This document shows positions 57,103 through 64,000 of a stretch of DNA of 64,000 nucleotides, piece by piece; positions within the stretch are counted from its first letter, which is position 1; each line of letters begins with the position of its first letter. The stretch is from an uncultured Candidatus Saccharibacteria bacterium. Its GTDB lineage: Bacteria > Patescibacteriota > Minisyncoccia > Portnoybacterales > UBA2143. The DNA lies in contig CAYQQO010000002.1 of NCBI GenBank assembly GCA_964420115.1, positions 726 through 64,725 of the forward strand, read 5' to 3'. The position numbers and the translations under genes are program-made. The notes below the pieces were generated by a model. That model saw nothing but the letters and a program-made list of their open reading frames with translations. It was not told where the DNA came from and did not search any database.

Positions 57103-58011
57103 TTAAAAAGTTTCTTCATGCGGAGAAACTCTTTTGAATCTCATGAGCCTTAATATTCGTCTCCGAGCGCCCACTGCCTCGCGAGAAATACCCAATTCTC
57201 CGGCCAGCTGACGGTCATTCATTTTTTGCCAGTTTGACTTAAGAAACTCCAGTTTATCGCTCGGCCAATAAGGCGATTGCCGGGAAAGCCATTTGCCGTG
57301 GCAGGACCGACGGCAGAAAAAATACTTCTGCGAAGGCTTGATAAACGACTTGCGCCGCTCAAATGGCTCGCCGCAGCCAGAACATATTTTTTGAACAACT
57401 TCTGGACGGGAGTAAACCAACGCACTATCAATGCCAAGCCGTTCAGCTTGATCCTTAATAGTATAGACAGAAATTTTCATTTTCTGCGAAAGAGGAGAAG
57501 CGCCGTTCTCTTTTTTTAGAGCCGCTTCCAACCACTCTTTATCTGCCAACTCTGGCCTACTATGCCTGTTAGCATACCAAAGAGGACTTTTTTCTTTTGC
57601 TCCTCCCAAGTCATTGACCAACTGAGAAACCCGCTCTCTGCTAATACCAAACTGACGCGCTACATCTGTTTGGGTGAGGCCGCCGTGGGTAAGAATATTT
57701 TCCAGCCATTTAGGGTTAATTCGCGCTTTTTTTCTTGTTTTTTTCCGTTTGAGCCCCAAGGATAATCTCCTGTACCGCGCTTGGACGCGAGTTAATCCGA
57801 GGTGTTGAGCTATTTCGCCATCTCCCATTTTTTGCCAGTTTTCCTTAATAAAGACATCTTCCTTTTTTCTGGAGACAGAAGAAGTCTTTTTCATCAAGGC
57901 CAGTCCCTTTTTCAGAGCCTGCTCAACTACTTCTTCCGGCGGTAAATCCAGCTTTTCTGAAACAGCTACCGCTTTCTTATAAAGCTTTTCTTTTACCATA
58001 AATCTCGGCAT
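57103..58011 (-). CDS. Multi-HTH, zinc-finger putative DNA-binding protein
   Basis: Repeated NWQKMxDxxxAxxLG units, TQTDVARQFGISRERVSQL, CSGC..FCRRSC; AAGGAGGT SD. Confidence 0.75.
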   Translation of the reverse strand: MPRFMVKEKLYKKAVAVSEKLDLPPEEVVEQALKKGLALMKKTSSVSRKKEDVFIKENWQKMGDGEIAQHLGLTRVQARYRRLSLGLKRKKTRKKARINPKWLENILTHGGLTQTDVARQFGISRERVSQLVNDLGGAKEKSPLWYANRHSRPELADKEWLEAALKKENGASPLSQKMKISVYTIKDQAERLGIDSALVYSRPEVVQKICSGCGEPFERRKSFIKPSQKYFFCRRSCHGKWLSRQSPYWPSDKLEFLKSNWQKMNDRQLAGELGISREAVGARRRILRLMRFKRVSPHEETF

Positions 58012-58147
58012 TTCTTACCTCCTTTTATATTTTGATGTTAACGAACTTTTAAAAAATTAAGGTATATGCAAACAAAACGGCGCAGAGTATAATTAAAATT
58101 ATAGATGGTGAATTATAAATAGTCAAGTTGAAATGAGAAATAACTGT

Positions 58148-58176
58148 TTGACATTGTTTCTAAAAATGATTAAACT
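58148..58176 (+). promoter_or_regulatory. Sigma70-type promoter of grpE-hsp20-dnaK
   Basis: TTGACA-17 nt-TAAACT, 8 nt before the grpE ATG. Confidence 0.7.
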
Positions 58177-58184
58177 ATTTAAAA

Positions 58185-58670
58185 ATGGCTAAAGAAAAGA
58201 TTACTTATCAGACAGAAGGAGAAGGGGATAAGAAAGACCAGATTAAAAAATTAAAAAATAAACTGAAAAGCTGTCAAAAGGAAAAGGAGGAGTATTTAAC
58301 TCTAGCCCAAAGAGCCAGGGCTGATTTGATCAATTACCGTCGAAGGCAGGAAGAAGCAGTAGAAGAGATGAGAAAATATAGTCAAGTAAATTTAATAAGA
58401 GAAATTCTTTCTGTTTTAGACAGCTTGGCAATCGCCGGAAAAGAAAACAAAGATGTTTTAAAAATTAAAGAACAATTGGAAAAAGTTTTGGCAGATACAG
58501 GGGTAAAAGAAATAAAAAGCAGGGGGGAAAAATTTAATCCAGAAATTCACGAAGCGGTTGAACAGGTTAAATCAGAAGAAAAAGAAGGAATGATTGCAGA
58601 AGAAATACAAAAAGGATATTTCTTAAATGGTAAAGTGATAAGGCCGAGCAGAGTTAGAGTGGCCAAGTGA
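58185..58670 (+). CDS. grpE: Nucleotide exchange factor GrpE
   Basis: RARADLINYRRR, GEKFNPEIHEAV, QKGYFLNGKVIRPSRV. Confidence 0.95.
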   Translation: MAKEKITYQTEGEGDKKDQIKKLKNKLKSCQKEKEEYLTLAQRARADLINYRRRQEEAVEEMRKYSQVNLIREILSVLDSLAIAGKENKDVLKIKEQLEKVLADTGVKEIKSRGEKFNPEIHEAVEQVKSEEKEGMIAEEIQKGYFLNGKVIRPSRVRVAK

Positions 58671-58775
58671 ATTTTTTAAATTTTAATTAAATAAAGAGAT
58701 AAAAAAAACTAACAGTCAAATTACCGAGGGTCGTATAAACGGCCGTAGGAAAATAAGCTGTTAGCAAAATATTTT

Positions 58776-59234
58776 ATGCCTATTAAATGGAAACCATTCA
58801 GGGATTTAGAAAGATCTTTTCCTGCGCCTAATATGCCTGCGCCTGGCGCGCCCGGACAAGAGGAAGATAACTGGGTTCCTTTTGTCCCTCATTCCAGGGC
58901 GGAGGAGCCGGCTGTTGATATTTATCAGGATAAAAAGAACCTTTATGTTGAAGTTTCTTTAGGCGGCATTAAGCCGGAAAATGTTGAAGTTTCCGTTGAA
59001 GATAATACTCTGACCATTCAAGGAAAAAGCCAAGAAAAAAAAGAAGTTAAAGAAAGAGATTATTTGAAAAGAGAAATTGTTAAGGGGAGCTTCCACAGGG
59101 TTATCAGGCTCCCGTCGGAAGTAAAAGAAAGCAAGGCCTCTGCTGAAAGTACAGGCGGAATACTGAAAATCACTATCCCCAAGACAGACAAACCAGCTGC
59201 TGAAACAAAGAAAATCCCTATTAAAATAAAGTAA
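58776..59234 (+). CDS. Hsp20/alpha-crystallin small heat-shock protein
   Basis: PAVDIYQ, LTIQG, GSFHRVIRLP, GILKITIPK. Confidence 0.94.
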   Translation: MPIKWKPFRDLERSFPAPNMPAPGAPGQEEDNWVPFVPHSRAEEPAVDIYQDKKNLYVEVSLGGIKPENVEVSVEDNTLTIQGKSQEKKEVKERDYLKREIVKGSFHRVIRLPSEVKESKASAESTGGILKITIPKTDKPAAETKKIPIKIK

Positions 59235-59301
59235 CGGCGGATAATATATAACAGCAATTTACGAAAGCAATTGTTGTTAGTTATCCGTTGTTTTGTAAAT
59301 T

Positions 59302-61155
59302 ATGAGTAAAATAATTGGCATTGATTTGGGTACTTCTAATTCAGCCGCTTCTGTTGTTGAAGCGGGCAAACCGACAATAATCCCTTCAGCTGAAGGAACG
59401 GTTGTCGGCGGAGGCAAGGCCTTCCCTTCGTATATCGCTTTTGACAAAGAAGGAAATTTGTTAGTTGGCGAGCCGGCCAGAAGACAGGCGGTAACCAACC
59501 CGGAAAATACTATTACCGCCTTTAAGAGAAAAATGGGAACAAAAGAAAAAATTTCTTTAGGCGGCAAGGAATATACCCCTCAACAGCTTTCCGCTTTTGT
59601 TCTGCAAAAAATAAAAAAAGACGCCGAGGCCTATTTAGGCGGAGCGGTCTCCAAGGCGGTTATTACTGTCCCTGCCTATTTTAACGACTCGCAAAGGCAG
59701 GCGACAAAAGACGCCGGCGCTATTGCCGGTCTGGAAGTAGTAAGGATTATTAACGAGCCAACTGCCGCTTCTTTGGCTTACGGCATTGATAGGGCCGGCC
59801 AGGAAGAAAAAATACTTGTTTTTGATTTTGGCGGCGGCACTTTGGATGTGACAATTATGGATTTTGGCGATGGTGTTTTTGAAGTCAAGGCGACTTCCGG
59901 CGACACCCAGCTGGGGGGGACGGATATGGACGAACTTTTAGTTGAATATATTTCTGAAGAATTTAAAAAAGAAAACGGGGTTGACATAAAACAAGACAAA
60001 ACAGCTCTCCAACGCCTGAAAGAGGGAGCTGAAAAAGCAAAAATTGAACTTTCTTCCACTTTAGAAACAGATATAAATCTCCCTTTTATCAGCGCTGATT
60101 CAAGCGGTCCAAAACATTTGGCAATGAAAATTAGCCGGGCCAAGTTGGAAGAACTGGTTAAGCCGATTATTGAAAAATGCAAGGAGCCATTAGAGCAGGC
60201 ACTAAAAGACGCCAAAGCAAGCTCTGATGATATCACCAAAATTATTTTAGTCGGCGGGCCGACAAGAATGCCGACTGTTCAGAGTTTCGTGGAAGAATAC
60301 GCCGGCAAAAAAATTGAAAGAGGCATTGATCCAATGGAGTGTGTGGCGATAGGAGCGGCTATCCAGGGAGCAGTTTTAGGCGGAGAAATGAAAGACGTTC
60401 TTTTGCTTGATGTTACTCCCTTAACATTGGGGATTGAAACTTTAGGCCAAGTTATGACACCCTTAATTGAAAGAAATACAACCATCCCGGCTTCTAAAAA
60501 ACAAATCTTTTCAACAGCCGCTGACAACCAGCCCTCTGTGGAAATTCATATCCTTCAGGGGGAAAGGCCGATGGCCGGAGACAACCGAACGCTCGGCCGC
60601 TTTATGCTAGACGGTATCCCTCCCGCGCCAAGAGGAGTGCCGCAAATTGAAGTGACTTTTGACATTGACGCCAACGGCATTTTAAATGTCAAAGCTAAAG
60701 ATAAAGCGACAAACAAAGAGCAGTCAATTACTATTACTGACTCCTCATCCCTTTCTAAAGAAGATATTGAAAAAATGAAGCGGGAAGCAGAAGCCCATGC
60801 CGAAGAAGACAAAAAGAAAAAAGAATTAATTGAGACGAAAAATCAGGCAGAAACCTTAATTTTTTCAACTGAAAAAGCATTAAAAGAAGCAGGGGATAAG
60901 GTCAAGCCGGAAGATAAAAAGGAAGTAGAAGAAAAATTGGAAGCGCTTAAAAAAACAAAAAACGAAAGCGAAATAGAGCCGCTTAAGAAAGCAACCGAGG
61001 AATTATCGCAGGTGATTCAGAAAATTGGCGCTCAATTATACCAAAAAGTTGAAGAAGAAAAAAAAGAGCAGTCAGAGCCGGAAATAAAAGGAGAAGATAA
61101 GGGTAATAAGGAAAAAACAGTAGAAGGGGAGTACGAAGAGGTAAAGGAGAAATGA
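59302..61155 (+). CDS. dnaK: Chaperone DnaK
   Basis: [43 protein letters not shown]. Confidence 0.98.
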   Translation: MSKIIGIDLGTSNSAASVVEAGKPTIIPSAEGTVVGGGKAFPSYIAFDKEGNLLVGEPARRQAVTNPENTITAFKRKMGTKEKISLGGKEYTPQQLSAFVLQKIKKDAEAYLGGAVSKAVITVPAYFNDSQRQATKDAGAIAGLEVVRIINEPTAASLAYGIDRAGQEEKILVFDFGGGTLDVTIMDFGDGVFEVKATSGDTQLGGTDMDELLVEYISEEFKKENGVDIKQDKTALQRLKEGAEKAKIELSSTLETDINLPFISADSSGPKHLAMKISRAKLEELVKPIIEKCKEPLEQALKDAKASSDDITKIILVGGPTRMPTVQSFVEEYAGKKIERGIDPMECVAIGAAIQGAVLGGEMKDVLLLDVTPLTLGIETLGQVMTPLIERNTTIPASKKQIFSTAADNQPSVEIHILQGERPMAGDNRTLGRFMLDGIPPAPRGVPQIEVTFDIDANGILNVKAKDKATNKEQSITITDSSSLSKEDIEKMKREAEAHAEEDKKKKELIETKNQAETLIFSTEKALKEAGDKVKPEDKKEVEEKLEALKKTKNESEIEPLKKATEELSQVIQKIGAQLYQKVEEEKKEQSEPEIKGEDKGNKEKTVEGEYEEVKEK

Positions 61156-61213
61156 CATTAACAAAATCGCGGTATCAGTGATAATCTTAAATGTGAGAAG
61201 CACATAACAATGA

Positions 61214-61246
61214 AACGGTGGCCTTTTTTTAACGGTGGCCTTTTTT
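61214..61246 (+). repeat. Tandem duplication AACGGTGGCCTTTTTT(T) x2
   Basis: Two adjacent copies, 17 and 16 nt. Confidence 0.9.
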
Positions 61247-61277
61247 AAGGGAACTCTAAAGATAACCTCTGATAATA

Positions 61278-61650
61278 TTGCTAACAAATGGCTGTCTGGC
61301 AGGAAACATGCCAGGACATTTTTTGTTGAGAATGCCCTTGGACGTTTCTATCCAAAAAAAACACACTGAAGTGTCATTAATGGTTGACGCAATGATTAAT
61401 ATTTTAGATGACTTATTTGATAAACAAATGAACAAACAAAAAAAGGATGTACATTATAGAATTTTTACGGGCTTTTTCTCTGTGTAACATGCTGTGTAAG
61501 ATGTATAATCCTATCTCAAGGGCGCAAACTTCAATGGCTCACTATTTTGATGAATTAATTTCTTTGGTGGCTGTGGAACAAGTGTACGGCAGTAAAATTG
61601 CTCAAGAAAAAGATAAAAAAGAAACATTAAGGTGGTTGAGGAACCCTTAG
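61278..61650 (+). pseudogene. Degraded helical protein gene with DDxxD motif (class I isoprenoid-synthase-like)
   Basis: VDAMINILDDLFD in 61278..61487; continues as YIIEFLRAFSL.. in the +1 frame across the A-run at 61438-61444. Confidence 0.4.
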
Positions 61651-61721
61651 AATAGCATTTTTTCCTTAATTTTTTGCTGGTCGATTATTATAAAATTTTG
61701 GATATTCAAAAGTATTTTTAG

Positions 61722-62579
61722 ATGGGAGAAATATTTAGAATAGTTTGGCGAGAATTTATTTACGGTGGCCACTTACAATCATTAGGGGCTGCCAGCATTA
61801 TTTTTGTTTCGGCTATTTTGCTAGAGCTCCCGGTTACTTTAGATTGTTTAATTATTTCTTACTTATTTTTTTACCCCTTATATTTATATAATCGTTTTAA
61901 GGAAATTGATATTGATTTTTTGACCAATCCACACAGATCTAAGCATTTAAGTACTTATCTTAGGTATATCCCCTCAATTCTTTTACTTAATTTAATATTG
62001 GTATTCATTGGTCTTATTTATTTCAGCAATTCAGAAACTTTGCTTTTTGCATTTGTTTTAATTGCTCTTGGTCTGCTTTATACAACCATATTTAAGGGGC
62101 TGACGGAAAAATTATTTCTTTTTAAAAATCTTTATGTTGCTCTTTTTTTTGCGGCTTTGGTTTTTTTCTTTTTAATTTATTATAGATATTATTTAGATAA
62201 TTTTTTGATAGCTAAGGCGGTTATTTTATCGGTTTTTGTGTTCTTTAAAGCTCTAATTATGCAAATTTTCTTTGATTTGAAAGATATAGAGAGTGATAGA
62301 AAAAAGAGATTACGGACTCTGCCTATTATTATGGGGAAAAAATCCACCCTTAAAATTCTTAAAACATCAACTCTTTTAGTTGGCATTCTGATTCCCTTTT
62401 TATCTTCTGTTTATTTTAATATTCTTCCTTTATTTTTCTTAATGCTTATTTTAACAATCCCATTTAATTTTTATTCTTTTTATTTATCTAAGAGAAATAA
62501 ATATAGTGGTTATATTATTGGAAGTGGAGAGTTTGTTTTGTGGTCAATTTTAATTCTAATCGGTAAATTTCTCATATAA
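61722..62579 (+). CDS. UbiA family prenyltransferase
   Basis: Multi-TM; YLYNRFKEIDID..NP, YT..K, FDLKDIESD...LRTLP. Confidence 0.85.
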   Translation: MGEIFRIVWREFIYGGHLQSLGAASIIFVSAILLELPVTLDCLIISYLFFYPLYLYNRFKEIDIDFLTNPHRSKHLSTYLRYIPSILLLNLILVFIGLIYFSNSETLLFAFVLIALGLLYTTIFKGLTEKLFLFKNLYVALFFAALVFFFLIYYRYYLDNFLIAKAVILSVFVFFKALIMQIFFDLKDIESDRKKRLRTLPIIMGKKSTLKILKTSTLLVGILIPFLSSVYFNILPLFFLMLILTIPFNFYSFYLSKRNKYSGYIIGSGEFVLWSILILIGKFLI

Positions 62580-64000
62580 TGGATTTTTCTTTTTTTAATA
62601 AACTAATTGTATTTTTAATTGACATCATTGCTGTTTGGATCGGTGTTTTAGTTTGTTCTAGCAAGCCCAGAAAAAAAATAAATTGGATATTTATATTGAT
62701 GGTTATTTTGATGCTTTTCTGGGTTAACTTTGCTTTTTTTGCTAGGTTGGTTGGCGCAGCTAACTTTTCTTTATCTTCTTTATTTCTTAAAATCGCTTGG
62801 TTTGTGACGCCTCTCTTCTTTGTTTTTCTATATTTTTTAGTGGTTTATCTCATTGAACAGGAGAAAAAGTACAGGGTTTTAAGTGTTTTTGTTTCGGTGT
62901 TCGGCATTACAGCAACTCTTGTTACGGGATTTAGTAATTTAGTTATTGATGATCTCATATTTATTAATGGTGATTTGACTATAGCATATGGGAAAGGAAT
63001 GTTTCCTTTCTTGGGAATAATTTTCTTTTTAATATGTACGACACTTTATCCTTTAATAAGAACATATTTGAAATCTTCATCAGAAGAAAAGAAGGAAAAG
63101 TTGGAATATTTATTGATAGGAATTTTTATATTTTATCTCGGTAATTTTATATTTAATATTTTCTTTCCGATATTTCTAGGTATATCCCGTTTGTATTATT
63201 TTGGTGACTATTCTGCTATATTTTTAATAGGTCTGACTGGTTATGCGATCACTAAAAAACAACTTTTTGGAATAAGGGTAATTTTGACTCAGCTTTTAGT
63301 CGGAGCGATAGCTATTTTACTTCTTTGGCAGGCTGTTGTTGTAATTCCTAATTGGTTTGAATTTTCGTGGAAGATTATTTTATTTTTACTCTTTTTAGTT
63401 TTTGGCTATCTTTTATTTCGCAGTGTCAGAGAAGAAATTAAGCGCCGCGCCGAACTCCAGCAACTCTATCTTAAGGTAGACAAACTATCCAAAGCTAAAT
63501 CCGACTTTATTTCCATTGCTTCTCATCAGTTAAGAACTCCTGTTTCAGTTATTAAGGGTATTGTTTCTATGATAAAAGAGGGTGATTTTGAAAAGTTAGC
63601 CAAGGAGAAAAAAGAAAGGTTTATTAATAATTTATGGCAAAAAAGTTGTAAATTAGAAGACATTATTAACGACATTCTTAACGCTACTGAAATGACCGCT
63701 GCTAAGTACGACGTTAGTAAGGATCAGGCGCGAATGATTAACTTAGTTAAGCTCATTAAAAATATAATTGACGATTTTGCAGAGGGGGCAGAGGAGCGAG
63801 GTATCAAGATATATCTAAAAGCAGATTCTCAAAAAACACCTAAAATATATGGAGAGATAAAGTATCTCAGAGAAGCGTTTGGCAATATAATAGATAACGC
63901 TATTAAATATACTCCCTCAATTAAAAAGAATCATGAATCAAGAGATGTCCGCGAAGAGAAAGGAATTATTCGCATAAACATTGCAAAACAAGACAACAAT
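62579..64000 (+). CDS. Sensor histidine kinase with multi-TM N-terminal sensor (runs off right edge; absent from ORF track)
   Basis: ATG overlaps the UbiA stop (TAATG); about 280 hydrophobic residues, then SDFISIASHQLRTP (H-box) and NIIDNAIKYT (N-box) in one open frame. Confidence 0.92.
   Translation, partial: MDFSFFNKLIVFLIDIIAVWIGVLVCSSKPRKKINWIFILMVILMLFWVNFAFFARLVGAANFSLSSLFLKIAWFVTPLFFVFLYFLVVYLIEQEKKYRVLSVFVSVFGITATLVTGFSNLVIDDLIFINGDLTIAYGKGMFPFLGIIFFLICTTLYPLIRTYLKSSSEEKKEKLEYLLIGIFIFYLGNFIFNIFFPIFLGISRLYYFGDYSAIFLIGLTGYAITKKQLFGIRVILTQLLVGAIAILLLWQAVVVIPNWFEFSWKIILFLLFLVFGYLLFRSVREEIKRRAELQQLYLKVDKLSKAKSDFISIASHQLRTPVSVIKGIVSMIKEGDFEKLAKEKKERFINNLWQKSCKLEDIINDILNATEMTAAKYDVSKDQARMINLVKLIKNIIDDFAEGAEERGIKIYLKADSQKTPKIYGEIKYLREAFGNIIDNAIKYTPSIKKNHESRDVREEKGIIRINIAKQDNN

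Noticed and set aside
58700-59301. CIRCE operator in the heat-shock operon
   Set aside because: No TTAGCACTC-N9-GAGTGCTAA; only a TTAGCA half-match at 58761
59277-60812. Long antisense ORFs within dnaK (and similar ones in uvrA, hppA and the P-type ATPase)
   Set aside because: Typical antisense shadows of conserved genes with no independent motifs
1-64000. CRISPR array, rRNA, tmRNA, SRP/RNase P RNA, IS transposase, intact prophage
   Set aside because: No spaced repeat array or diagnostic motifs were seen

Overview
AT-rich bacterial chromosomal window whose gene content and style point to a Patescibacteria/CPR (Parcubacteria-like) genome (inference: compact genes, short EF-Ts, CxxC-x17-CxxC protein, Gmad2 protein, CCGCCnnnGGCGG mini-palindromes). 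Standard stop codons are used. Core content: uvrBAC, uppP, membrane pyrophosphatase, mnmA, trpS-prfA-rpmE, rpsB-tsf, six tRNAs, rpmG, uppS-pcm-mltG, L10 leader-rplJ-rplL, mraZ-rsmH-ftsL-ftsI-murF, P-type ATPase plus CaCA exchanger, rmuC-rplU, recR-dnaB-cysS-corA and grpE-hsp20-dnaK. No rRNA, CRISPR array, integrase or transposase was seen. Most notable: (1) a DDxxD-protein remnant, a UbiA prenyltransferase and a translationally coupled multi-TM histidine kinase at the right edge, a candidate lipid/isoprenoid signal-and-receptor module; (2) a seven-gene thiol/Fe-S redox cluster at the left edge, with a second frameshifted Trx-DsbD-like paralog carrying a Cys-rich linker; (3) a release factor 1 lacking its N-terminal domain; (4) many genes with a -10 box 5-9 nt before the ATG (leaderless), while accessory genes carry strong Shine-Dalgarno sites; (5) an unannotated small basic-peptide transcription unit before rpsB and a palindromic element in frame in rpsB; (6) several homopolymer-frameshifted accessory pseudogenes, including a Mu Gam-like remnant. 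Family assignments come from motif recognition by eye, not database searches.
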